A stretch of 64,000 bases of DNA, from assembly GCF_041956535.1 (NCBI RefSeq), contig NW_027192199.1:62001-126000 (forward strand), given 5' to 3'. The stretch comes from Calcarisporiella thermophila CBS 279.70. Its lineage: Eukaryota > Fungi > Calcarisporiellomycota. The translations under genes were made by a program, and so were the position numbers. Under the pieces are notes generated by a model. It ran no database searches, had not been told where the DNA came from, and was given only the letters and a program-made list of their open reading frames with translations. Positions within the stretch are counted from its first letter, which is position 1; every line of letters begins with the position of its first letter. Shown here in pieces: positions 50,801 through 63,317 of the stretch.

Positions 50801-51631
50801 ATACACATAGCCCTTCAAATGGTCGCGGGTGAAAGCAGAGAGTATTTCAAGCGGGTTGTCTGAAAACGCCATTGCTTCAGACTTGCGCATCAACTGTAGC
50901 ACAATATCCCTTTCTTTTCCAGGCTATTAATGTACATGTTTAGATACTGTGATGGCAAATAGGTGAGGCTGAAATCAAAGAGATATTTACCTTGACCTTA
51001 ATAGCCCACAAGTTGGGATCATGTACACTTGGAGCAAGAGCACTTTGGGGAATATGATCGGTTTCTCGTGGAGCACGATGTGTTCTTCTTGCACCGTATT
51101 TGTCTTGAAATCTAGCTGCAATAGCCTCCGCGTCCAGATCTTCCATTTCACCACGACGCCTGTCCAATTCCTGGTGCTTTGCAGCAAGTCGGTTGGCTTC
51201 TGCTTCATCGAGTTCCTCCGCTTCTTCCTGAATAAATCCATCTACAACAATTGGAGAAAGAAACTATTCAGATCGCATGATCACAAAATTAAAAAATAGG
51301 AATTGAGAGATTTACCCTCACGTTCTAAATCGTCGTACTCTTCTTCATCCTCATCGTCGTCCACCTCTGCCTCATCAAGAATGAAGTTATGCATCCTCGA
51401 TTTTTTCTTTGGGCGTTGCTAAAAATACAACATTTTTCAAGTTAGATTCTCCGTAATTAATGAAATTTGGTTGATCAAGCCAATAATTACTGATTCTTCC
51501 TCCTCTTCGTCTTCCTCATCGTCTTCATCACGACCCTCATGAAAATCTTCTTCCTCATCGTTTTGTTCATGGGCATCTTCTTCCTCCTCCTCTTCCTCCC
51601 GCAAATGTTCCTCGTCGTCAGAGTGCGACAT
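47873..51631 (-). CDS. SPT5: Transcription elongation factor SPT5 (DSIF large subunit)
   Basis: Acidic N-terminus, PSVHDPNLWAIK, NGN domain (LKGYVYVEA), multiple KOWs, GSxTPAW repeats, APTP repeats and terminal KOW domains. Confidence 0.97.
48290..49140 (-). repeat. SPT5 C-terminal repeat regions: GS(R/Q)TP(A/M)W repeats (about 48890-49140) and APTP repeats (about 48290-48545)
   Basis: Visible in the translation of ORF 47873-50902. Confidence 0.8.
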
Positions 51632-51900
51632 TTTGGGTAGGATAAGTTTAGGTGTGGGGATTAAGAAGTGAACAGAGATAATAGGTTTTTATGGGCTCCT
51701 CGATTCGCGGTCTAGTTTCATTGTTGACGTTGCATTAATGGCGCAGTTTCCCCGGTGTGAATTGTTCGCGTTTTTGTGTATAAAAGGGGTCGATTTTTCT
51801 TCCTCTTGTCCATTTTTCTAATTTTTTTTCACATTTATTCCTTCTTCTTTCTTTTTCTCTTTATATATGTTTTATTCATCACGGAAACTCGAATGTTGCA
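51632..51900. promoter_or_regulatory. Bidirectional promoter SPT5 / FCP1; TATAAAA at 51779 toward FCP1
   Basis: Divergent ATGs separated by 269 nt. Confidence 0.6.
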
Positions 51901-54900
51901 ATGAGCGAATCTTGTCGTCATCCCGTGCAGTTAAATCAAATGTGTGCGGTGTGTGGAAAGGATCTATCACAGTAAGATTAATAATAGATCTCTCCGCTTG
52001 AAATCGAAAGTCAGAACAATTTGTGTTCATGTTGTCTTTATGTTCTACACCTCTAGTCTATCAGCAGATCCAGAACACGCTACCATCAGCATGTCTCATG
52101 ATGTCTCTGGATTAATGGTTACTCAAGAGGTACTTTGGAGTCTTATTTATCGGTTAATAAATCCATAATCCCTTATCTTGACTAAATATTGTTATTCCTC
52201 CTATAATAGGAAGCGGAACGTTTGGAAATAGAGACTGCCCAACGCTTACTTGGCGAGCGTAAGCTCTCACTTATTGTGGATTTGGACCAAACTATTATTC
52301 ACGCTACTGTCGATCCCACTGCGGGCGAGTGGAAGTCGGATGAAAAAAATATCAATCATCCAGCAACTAAAGTAACTTGGTTTTGCAGCTTCGAACTCGA
52401 TAGTATGCCGCATGTTTATTAAAATCGGGAAACTCACTTTAATAGGATATTTGTGAATTTACATTACCTGATGGGCCAACGGTTTATTACGTCAAGCTCC
52501 GGTAAGCACCCGCTAGTTATCGCTATATCTCGCGAATTTAATTGTCTAACTAATATATCACCATTTTTAGACCCGGTCTACAGGAGTTTTTAAGAGAAAT
52601 AACACAGATCTATGAACTCCACATATATACCATGGGTACAAGAAACTATGCTCAGGCGGTTGCAGATCAAATTGACCCGGAGGGCAAATATTTTGGGGGT
52701 CGTATACTCTCCCGGGATGAAAGTGGCAGTATGACACAGAAAAATATCCAGCGACTGTTTCCTTGTGACACGTCAATGGTCGTTGTTATAGATGACCGTG
52801 CCGATGTCTGGCAGTGGTCGCCTAATTTAATCAAAGTACAACCCTGTAAGTTCGCGCTCTTATGACATTGATAAGACATCTCTGTCTAATACTCTTAATC
52901 TAATTCTATTAGATGATTTTTTCGTTGGAATCGGAGATATCAATGCAGCGTTTATTCCCAGCCAGGTGACTTTGATATTTTATCTTTCTCTACCCATTTT
53001 ATCTCGAGAATCTTACAGATTACTTTAATAGTCAAACACATGGTCCTCGTCAGAAGCTAGTGCAAAATCAAGCGCAAAAGGATCGAATGGAGTAACTGCA
53101 CAAAATAATAAACCTACGACACCTCAACGAGTCGATTCTCAAGCGGATATTGCGAATGGCGATCAGGGTCAGTTATACTCTGCCGAATATGTGTATTTAA
53201 CTTTCTTTTAATTTCAAGAGCATTATTTAGAGCCGGCCGATGAAGAAATTCTTCTTGCACAACAGCAAGAACAGGACCGAATGATGGAAGAGCAAAAACA
53301 GAGTAGGCCTTTGCTTCAGCGTCAACAGCAGAGGGAAGACCAGAGACCGGTGCTCGTTGATGATGATCAAGAACTCTCACGGTTAATGAACGTAAATATA
53401 ATACTATTTTGATGTTATATATCTATTGCTTTTGCTCATACATTTTTTCAGTTATTAAAAACAGTCCATCAACGGTTCTATGAGGCCCATGAAGCTTGGG
53501 TGAATAAAACAGCTCTGTTTGAAGATCAATCCAAGCCAGATGTGAAAAATATTATCAGCGACCTAAAATCACGTGTACTGCAGAATGTTCATATATTATT
53601 CAGTGGTGTAATACCGCTTGAACAGAACCCGAAATAGTGAGTGAAGTCAAATTTTATGAATGTTTTTTTATCCCTCATTAACACGTTTTGACATTGTATA
53701 TAGCTCAGAAATCTGGCAGTTGGCGAACAGTTTTGGTGCTCAATGTTGGTTAGAGTTGAACCCGCGAGTAACCCATGTGGTCGCAGCAAGGGTAAGCTTA
53801 ACTTCAATCGGCATATATACCTTGTCGTGAGCTATATTGGCATATTCTCTCTAAATTAGCCTGGCACAGCAAAAGTAAATGCCGCTAGGAAGCGAGAAGG
53901 AGTTGCTATTATTCGCCCTGAGTGGTATAGTATTCTCTCTTTTGATTGCCTTGGTGTTTTCCTACGGCTTTCTTTCCCTCTTAGCTGCTTCCGATAAAGT
54001 TAGCATCATATTCACGCTTGAAGATTCTCTTTTTTAGTGTGAAAGTACTGATGATTTGACGCTACTTTGAGGATCACGAGAAAGGAGTTGAAAGCACTGG
54101 GCATGTGTATCCTTCATGTGCTTAATTTTGCCTTTGCTGTAGGCTTATTGATTCCATAAACCGATGGGAGCGTCAGGACGAAGCTCGTTATTTTCTTGAC
54201 TTCGGCCGCGAAGCAAGGGGGACTGAAACCCCGGGTACTGGGAATGAAGATGAAACCCCCACTGGAAAGGTGATTGACGAGCATCATGACTATAATAACG
54301 ATGAGAATGAGCAGCCCTTTGTGATCAATGACGAAGAAATCAACGAACACATGCAGCGCATTGATTGGGATGATGTCGACCGAGAGGTCCAAGAATTTCT
54401 CGACGAATCTGGCGATGATACTAGCAACTACAATACAGACGATGATATGACCGATGAGCTGAGCTCGAAATTGCGGGAAAAAAATAGAGGTGTACGGCGG
54501 CATCGTTCGGAAATGGAGCAAGGCGTCCCAGAGTCCCGTCTTGCCAAACGGATACGTCTTTTGCGTATGCGCCGCTCACAACTCTCGTCTTCGTTTACGC
54601 CGGACGTAGATGACGATCTGCCTAAAGGGGAAGAAACGCCAGAGTTGCCTGTAGAGGATAGAGCTCATGATACCAATGATGAAGAAAATGGCGTTTCCGA
54701 TTATGGGGATGGGGATTCGGACTACACTGATGAGGAGAGTGGTGCAAGCACGCGGCGGCATAGGCGTAACTCCGACGACGAAGATGAGGATGCAGATGCA
54801 GAAGACGATAGCAATGAAGCAGAAGGGGAGGAGGATGACGACGAAGACGAAGAGGGGGATGATGGTGACCAAGAAAATGAGAAGGGTGATGATGACGATA

Positions 54901-54992
54901 ACGACGATGACGATGGGGATGAGGAATTCTTGGACGATTTGACTAATGCGTTAGAGGCAGAATTAGGAGAAGAAGACAATGATGCCAGCTAG
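51901..54992 (+). CDS. FCP1: RNA polymerase II CTD phosphatase Fcp1 (FCPH + BRCT + acidic tail), many exons
   Basis: CRHP...MCAVCGKDL, LSLIVDLDQTIIHA (DxDxT), YYVKLRPGL, YTMGTRNYA, RILSRDE, VIDDRADVW, BRCT (FSGVIP...VTHVVA...GTAKV), and C-terminal DDLTNALEAEL. Confidence 0.95.
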
Positions 54993-55557
54993 ATAACCCC
55001 TTGGAACTGTCTGGATATTACCTAGTATAATAAGAGTGTTTTGTAACATTTCTTTTTACAATGATTGTAATTACTGCTTGACTGACCCTTTTATTATGTG
55101 TGTTTTTTTTTTTCCTTTCATAACCATCCCGCCTGTTTGTATTTAGCTGACATGTCATCTCCCTTTTCCTCTTATCTCTTTTTTCTATTTCGGGTGTATT
55201 TTGCTTCTTTTGCTGTCCAATTTTTGAACCCTCCATTGTTATTCTTTTTTATATCTGCATCTTTGTCTTTTGTAAGATAGGTTTTGATTTGACGCTCTGC
55301 TTTTTCTGCTGCTTTGCTTTCATTAGTTTTTTATTTTTATTTTCCTTATTCATCTGTACGCTTTATTTTTTCTATTTTATGTCTTCGATTATTTTTATTT
55401 TTTTATTTGGTTCAATATAGTGTGGATTCTAATTAACCTCATTTAATAAGCCCTGTTTTTTTTATTGTGATGCTAAAATATATATTTATTCACAGTTCTC
55501 AGTTGGAAAAGAAAAGAGAAAAGAAAAGAGAAAAGAAAATAACACCCCATCCCCTTT

Positions 55558-57092
55558 TCAAGCATAGTATTGCAGCGAGAGCTTCTTCTTTGCTTGAACC
55601 TCCTGTACTCCCTCCATGAAGTCCTCGTGACAGAGTTCCGATGCACCGCGCCGTAGCGCAATCATCCCGGCCTCTACACAAACGGCCTTCAACTGAGCAC
55701 CGTTGAACTCGTCTGTGCATCGAGCTAATTCCTCATAATTGACCTCTGCGCCCACCGTCATCTTGCGAGAGTGAATCTGCAAAATACGCGCGCGAGCCTC
55801 CTCGTTTGGCAGGGGGAACTCGATCTTCCGGTCGAGACGGCCAGAGCGGAGCAGTGCCGGGTCAAGGATGTCGATTCGATTTGTGGCGGCAATGACCTTG
55901 ATACGGTCATCAGAGCTAAATCCATCGAGTTGATTCAGGAGCTCCAACATGGTACGCTGCACCTCACGATCACCGCTCTTTTCGCTGTCAAATCGCTTGG
56001 TTCCGATTGCATCCAACTCATCGATGAAGATGATAGCAGGCGATTTTTCCTTAGCAAGATTGAATGCGTCGCGAACCATCTTTGCACCGTCACCAATGAA
56101 CATTTGTACAAGCTGAGGGCCCGCAAGTTTGAGAAAGGTGGAGTTGGTCTGCGCAGCACATGCACGTGCGAGCAACGTCTTACCCGTACCCGGAGGACCG
56201 TACATCAGCACACCCTTAGGAGGCTTGATTCCCAAATTCTTGAAGCGATCAGCGTGCGTCATCGGCAACACAATGGCCTCCACAAGCTCCTCAATTTGCT
56301 TGTCAAGGCCACCAATGTCATTATAATCTTCAGTTGGGCGCTCCACCACCTCCATTGCTTTGACTCTTGAATCATATCTGTGCAACGTTCCAAAGTGGTC
56401 AGCAATTGATTTACGAAGGTAAACGCCGCATTTTTAACTTACTCTGCAGGGAGACAATCTAAGACAAGGTAGCTATCTTTGTTCACACCAATCAGATCTC
56501 CAGGCTTGAGAGTTGCAGGGTCTACAAGTCCGATTAGTGGCAAGAATATAGTCTAATTTTTGACGGGGAATTACATTTAGTATGCTTTCATGAAAACAAT
56601 AACTAGGCTAAAATTACCTGTCGCGTGGAAGTTTTAATCACAGCGCATTTGCCTTTACGTTGTGAATCCAGATCGACATTTGCTCCTTCCTCTTCTTCAG
56701 CATCGGCAGGATCCATGTCCAACAACTAAACATTTATACAGTATTGAAAAACTATAATGAACGCTGTGTAATTTACTGTATAAATTCGATCCTACGTACC
56801 TCAACAATGTTGCCTACCAAGTAGGGAAGTTGCTTGTTCATCTTGATCTTTTCTTTATTGTCTTTGATCTTTTCCTTCATGTTATTCTGTTCATGTTGTA
56901 GGCGCATAAATTCTGACTTCATCACCTATTCGATATTTGTATAAGAAAAAAAATCAATATCGTTAATATGCCACTCAATCGAATTACCTTGATCTCGTTA
57001 TCCAATAATCTAGTTCTGTTAATGATGTCCTCAGTGTTCGCCCTCAGAATCTCTGGGCCGAGATCATTGTCAAGATCCTCCAAAGAAGCCAT
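55558..57092 (-). CDS. RPT5: 26S proteasome AAA-ATPase Rpt5 (PSMC3)
   Basis: [48 protein letters not shown], and the C-terminal HbYX motif QYYA. Confidence 0.97.
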
Positions 57093-57921
57093 AGTTGTTT
57101 TTCCCTTCTATTGATGATAAGTGAGGGAAATGAAATAGATTATTTCTATAGTTAAAAAGTAAGCTGACGCGTTCAAGGTCGCTTGAATTTGAAATTTGTT
57201 GAGGGCAATTTCTATATTTGAATCCAAACGAGAAATCAATTAGTAACTCAGTGTTTTAATACTTAGACTTCGTAGAGGAATAATAGGAAATACCATTAAG
57301 TCTCCACACAAGGACATCGCAATGGGATCAGCTAGCTTTAATAAATACTAAAATGAAGTCCACGTCTATTTCAGCACCTGAAACTTATGTATGTAGTGGA
57401 TATTAATGCAAAGTATTTTCTTTATCTTCGAATTTTCGAATGTAAATTAGATTGCAAGTTTATCTGAGTAGAACTGAGTATATATGTAATATTACGATGT
57501 TTTTATTTGTATATCCCCAAAGATTACGATTAAAGCCAAAGATATATGCTACTCTGCATAAACTGAAGATCTTTAAAAAAGAGCACTCTGCGTAGTCACA
57601 AAATTTAAAGTTCACCAGGAATGAGAAAGCTTTTATTTTTATTTATTGAGTGACAGAGAGAAGAAATGTGGGGCCTAAATCAAACAGAAATATTTTGTTA
57701 TAAGAAATGCATAAAAATAAACAAAATAACGTTTTCACCTATAAATATAACCTGCTTCGGTCATCATTTGTGACGTGGCAGTTACAAATAAAATAGATCA
57801 GAAATGAATATAAGGTCACTAAATAAAAGAATGCTAGCACAGCAATGCCAAATAATGATAAGCATAAATAACAAGCGGATTGTAGGAAAATAAATTAGAT
57901 CCAATAGCGGGGCTCGCGAGT

Positions 57922-60900
57922 TTATATGAAGTCAAATGTTTTTTCTCCTATCACATACACCTGGTCTGTTTCCTGCAGAATCGTGCGGCGGGTCGGATTG
58001 CAATAGACATATGATGATAAGTGCTGCTTGTGTACTGCGCGGCGGTAGAGCCCCAGTGGCACAGTATTGTATTCACGGAGCAATGCGGTAAAGAGAGTTG
58101 CATACGTAGCTCCGACGTAGCGAGGCGAAATCTTAATCATGAAAAGATGGCCATGTTGCAGTGCGTCAACTTTGTCATTGTTAAAAGAGCCAGAAAGGGT
58201 TTCAGGCACATGGCTGAAAACGAGTTGTTCAACTTCGAATAAAAAGCGTTTGTTTCCCATTTAGAGGGACTATTGATATACTGAAAGAAATTGAGCGGAA
58301 GCTTACCAATAGAGAGCATATGCCGGTTGTAGTAGCTATTACCGAAATAAAGTCAGTTTAATTCTGAGAGCTTAAACGACAGTTGGTCTAATTACCATTG
58401 GCAAATCAGTGTGTCCAACATTGTCTTTGAATACACATTGCCGGACATGAAAGAAGGACGAACCATAGCTTGCGCGTTCACATCTGATGTCTGAATTGTG
58501 TCACTCTCTCCTACGAGCTTGAACGAGTCACGATGGATGCATTCCACCACCATGAAAAAGTCGTCATCTTCCTCGGAACGCAATGCTTCAACATTAAGAG
58601 CGGTAAGTAGCGCAGAGGAATCAGCAGTACGGAGTGAAGCACTATAGAGGAAATACACTAATAAGATTTCTGGATTTTAAGAAAAGTTCAAAGGTTGCCC
58701 AAACACCGACCTTCCGTATTGCTTGGAATTTGCCAGAACGATACACTTCTTCGCGTGTTGGACTCCGGCTCTATATAGATCTTTTCGCACCATTGGACTT
58801 CCTTTTACCAAGAATACACCGCCAAACTTCTGAAGCCGGATCGACAGCTCATCGGGCGGAGACGCCGGGCAAAGGATCACAACTGGCATATCAGGGTCTC
58901 TTGCACGCTTCGCTCTGACACATCCTATTAAAATATCAATGGAGCTGTGGAACGAGGGGCTAGGGTCACAGATCAACAAGTGGTTCTTCACCCCGTCCAC
59001 ACAGGGTAGATCGAGTAATTTAGCAGCATTTTTAGCATCTCGTAAATTCTGTGCCTGCACTGCCTTTCCGGTAAGTTGAGGGTCGAGCAATTTTTCGGAA
59101 GCAGGAGTGGCCGGCCTAGTGAGGGAGAGTTTCGAACCAGAATCAGAGCCCACGTCTATCTCCTCTTCGTCCGACAAGTTCGGTCGAAAGATCAAGCCGG
59201 ATTTTTGTGTAGGCGTATTTTGGGGAACCTCGGAACTGTCTTCCAATTCCGCAGTAGAGTCTGACGAGAGAGGAACAGAAGTTTTTGTTGACCCGTAGGA
59301 GATATTCATCCCAGCCGTCAAGGAACTTGGCCCTGATTCTTGCATTTCACTTTCCACACGCACGCTCTCCAATAGAGAATCCGTCTCTAGAGGGTCGTCA
59401 CGTTGGCTGTCCAGGGATACTATTCTTGCAGCCGTCTCTGCACAATCCGATATCACAAATCCAACTTCTTCACCCTCAATCACATAGTTTGACGGGTTAA
59501 TGTATACCGAGAATCCTGATCCTGTGGTAGCAAGCTTCGGGTTGGATTTGTGGTAGAGCCCAATTGCGAAGAGGGTTGCTCCAAAATGCATATAGATGAT
59601 CTCAGCAGAGGCGGCGAAAGTGAGGCCGGTAAAGCGCTCCGAAAAACTTATTGGATATATCTCCATTGAGGCTCCATTCACATACTCTTCAGCCCAGGCC
59701 AGATCTGGGCGGCACTTTATACCGTCTTGCAGGTCTTGTCGTGTCTCATCGGTAATTGAGGTGGTGAGCAGCAGAACTAGCGAAGAAAATCCCGGAATAA
59801 GCACGGATTGTGATAATAAGCCCATGTTCAGTTCGTTCAGGCATACAACATCTTTCGCTAGTTTAAAAAGAATTATTCCATTAGCCTCTTTAACACTTTC
59901 TTCATATACGGGACGTCAGAAGATACAAAAATAAAAAAAAGAAGATCCTTTACCCAGGAAGTCAAAGTGCGGCACATTTTCAGGAAGATGTACTTGCGCA
60001 TAGAGTTTTAGATGGCGATTGAACTTTTTCATGGCTAGCGCACGCATCACCTGCTCTGCGTCCTCATCGCGAGCATCTTCCTCTTCTATAAACTTGGATG
60101 CTACAAAAATGCGGCTTTAGCGCTGTGTGCCTTGACCTTCTCCAAACTACGGAACGAGGTGGCAGAGCCCTTCACATAGTGGACACGCGTACAGTAGGCG
60201 GGATCCTGTAGTAGCAGGCCGAGTTCTTCTGAGGGCTCGTTCGAGTTCAGAATCACGACTTGCGTGTTCACCGTGCTAAGCCCGTGATCGGTGGAGAAGA
60301 ATTCACGCAGCCAATAAATTAGACTTTGAATGTCAATCGGGCCACCAATCAGAATGTGCGATTTCCCTTTTTGAGGTTTAAAAGAGTGCTCATATTTGGA
60401 TTTGCGAGAGATAAGATTTAGAAGCTCGCTAAGGTTAGTAGGGATAAAGATAGCCCCGCAAATCTAAAAATAGAGTGTTATTATGGGTCGAGATCACTGT
60501 TGACGATCATTATCTCCCAGACCGGAGATCTAAGTTAAAAAATCAAAAACTATAGACGTACCATCACATACAAGATGACCATGCGATTAAATGAATTGTC
60601 AGGCATAATGTTCGTCGACATACCGGTGGTGCTCGACACAGTCGTGAAGAAAAAGGCATCATAGAACGAGATGACTTTATCCGTTTTCGATTGCTTGTAT
60701 GTAACAATATGTACCAAACTCGTTACGGTGAGCAGCGTGAACAGAATAGCCAAACCTAGCTGCAAGCCTTTGCGCATGATAAGTGAGAGATAGAAGAGAC
60801 CATTCTGCACTGGAGCCAGGCAGTTGCGAAAGGATGAATGGAGACGCATGAACCGAAAAGGATATATGTAGACGATATATCCCGCAGACATGTATGTATG

Positions 60901-61645
60901 CTACAAATGAATTGATACCTCTATAGTTAACTCATACTCCAACCGGAAAGACAGAGGATCTACCTCGAGAAGCTCATCGAGCAACCACATGTCACGGAAA
61001 AAAGTCGAGAGAACAAAAGCAACCATCACGGGAACAGTCGATAATAAAGTGATTAGAGAAAAATATGAAAACAGTGTATAAAGTGGGTCTGGCGCGATAT
61101 AAATGCGAGGAAGGTATTGAAGTAACAACATTGTGGCCAATGTCACCTCTACAATTTTATTTGGAAGAGGCAATGGTTGTGGTTTACCATCGGTACGCAC
61201 ATAACGTGTATTCTAAGTGAATATATGGCATCAGTAATGTCACAAAAAAGTTTTTAAAGTCTAATTGCAATCTTACGTAGATGTAAGTAATAACGAAGAG
61301 GAGATTTAATAAAGCATCTAGAAGCTCCCAGATGCGCCCGCCCTACAATAGCAAAAAGCATCTAGTACTATACATACTGAATTATCATCTACAAGGAGAA
61401 TCAACCTTTGACGTGTCAACCCAAAATGCCCAACGCTGCCTTCTGCTCGCATGATCATCTCCATATCCGTGTTTTAATGCTAGCGTCTTCTGCCACACAG
61501 TATCGGCCTTCCTTAGACCTTCGTTCCTCTCTTCCAGGATGTGACGGCTATCTTGATCACTTTCCATCCTCCCCATGCGAACACGCTGCTTCAAAATCAT
61601 TTTGGGAACATTGGTGGTCCTTAATGCTAGTTGATTTTTCCGCAT
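57922..61645 (-). CDS. Slo/BK-family-like ion channel (6 TM + two RCK domains) with a non-canonical pore; apparent 1-nt frameshift near 60105
   Basis: S1-S6 helices, S4-like PFRFMRL, pore helix FYDAFFF, RCK1 (HILIGG, LREFFSTDHG, YVKGS, CLNELNMGLLSQSVLIPGFSSLV, EYVNGASMEIY), and RCK2 (NHLLIC, VKGSP...DLYRAGV, SFMSGNVY, PLGLYR, YVYCNP). Confidence 0.85.
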
Positions 61646-61919
61646 TTTGATTTTTTTCGCATTGAAGAGGATGAAAATGGTGGAGGTGGGTGTTAGAAGC
61701 TAAACTTAATGAACACGAGAAATAAATCATACTCCGAAATTAACGAGGCTTTTTTAGGTAAGTAACCTACATTTTGAATTGCATATTGAGCTCTCAATTT
61801 ATGGCCAAGGATTGTATAGTTAAAGGTAAAATTGATATTGAACAATTACATGCAAACTGGAAAATAGGAAAAAGGTGGAAGTAGTGGATTTAAAGAGAGA
61901 GGATTAAAGTTATAAATAT

Positions 61920-63317
61920 TCAGAAATCCTTTAACCATTGCTGAAAGTATTCACAGTTTGCGGGTGAAACTGGGCCGTTTGGAGTACAGAAAGAGTATAC
62001 CTGGAAAGCATTGTTAGTCAAATGAGTTCTAAACAGTGGATATTCATGCTCACTTACTGGGCATTTTCCGCATGGAGTTTCTGTCCACGCATCGCCCTCG
62101 AATTTCATCTTCACTGATCGATACATCCACTCGACTTGTCCTTCATCGTCATCATCGCCCCAATCTGCAGGATCATAGACAGGAGTAACCTTTTCTATTT
62201 TTCCGTCATATATGAGCGTGTCGAGGAGAGCTGTTATGTCCTCGAGAGACAACTCTACAGAAGATATACGGCTCTCGGTAATAAAACGCCGGACTTGCGT
62301 TGCGGTCGGAAAATGCACATAATTGGCTGGGTAAACGGCATTTTCAGCACGTGGAGGATAGCTCTAACAAGGAGCTAAGAGTATTAGCATACTAATGAAG
62401 CGAGGAGAAGAGTAGATGGATTATAATTACTCTTGACTGGATATATTTGAAGCAAGCCTTTTGAAGATTCTCAATGAAATCCACATCTAGCTCTTGATCC
62501 GTGTACCATGTTCCACCTGTTACCTCTGTCGAAGGCGTCAATTCGTAAAGCATATAGACCTTTCGTGTCGGATTCTAAACATGATGTATGCACACTCGCT
62601 CAGAAAAAGATCGCTTACACGACTATATCAAGTGTAATTGTTAAATTACCTTTACTGATTTGACCGATTTGACCAACTGCTTTTGCTCTAATGTCTTCAA
62701 GCATCGCATTACTACTTGTTGATGAAGTCCTGTCTTTGTTTTTAGAGTCCTTGTCCAAATTCCCTCATTGCCCGAAGCCTTGATGTGCTGGTAGACCAGT
62801 TTCTCTTCCCCTTCTAGTTGCGAGAATCTAGTATTGGCAAAAATGAATTATAAATTCAGCATACACAAAAAATGATCGTTAAGACACTTACTTTCCAGCA
62901 TCCTCCGCCTTCACAGCACGATAATAATTTGTTTTTCCATCTGCGGCAATATCTAATAGCCCCTAATTTATTCCATTGGAATTAAGTATCAGGTGAATGC
63001 AGGGATATCGAAACGAATATATGTCCGCCTACCTTTCTTGACAAGCTGTTGATGCAAAAAATAATACTCTCAATCGACAGGTTAATAGTCTTGAAATCCT
63101 CATCCGTGAGCCCCTACAAAATTTGGTAGCCAGTATGGCAAAGGCAATATTAAATGTAAATACAAACATAATAGCTCATTCAGTTTGTCCCTAATTCCTT
63201 AGAGAAAACAAGAGCAAATCGGGCACTCACCTTAGGTGTATTTAACGCTGCCTCATAAAATATCTTCTCATTTTCGTTCAATCCCGCCGGTAACTCATGC
63301 TTTCTCGAGTTCTCCAT
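61920..63317 (-). CDS. RPC34: RNA polymerase III subunit RPC34/RPC6 (POLR3F), multi-exon
   Basis: GNEGIWTRTLK, VKNPTRKVYMLYELTPSTEVTGGTWYTDQELD, LLDTLIYDGKIE, and C-terminal PCGKCPV..FC...SPANC. Confidence 0.93.

Noticed and set aside
54700-54930. GAY/GAR-rich low-complexity tract
   Set aside because: Ordinary acidic tail of FCP1, not an independent repeat element.
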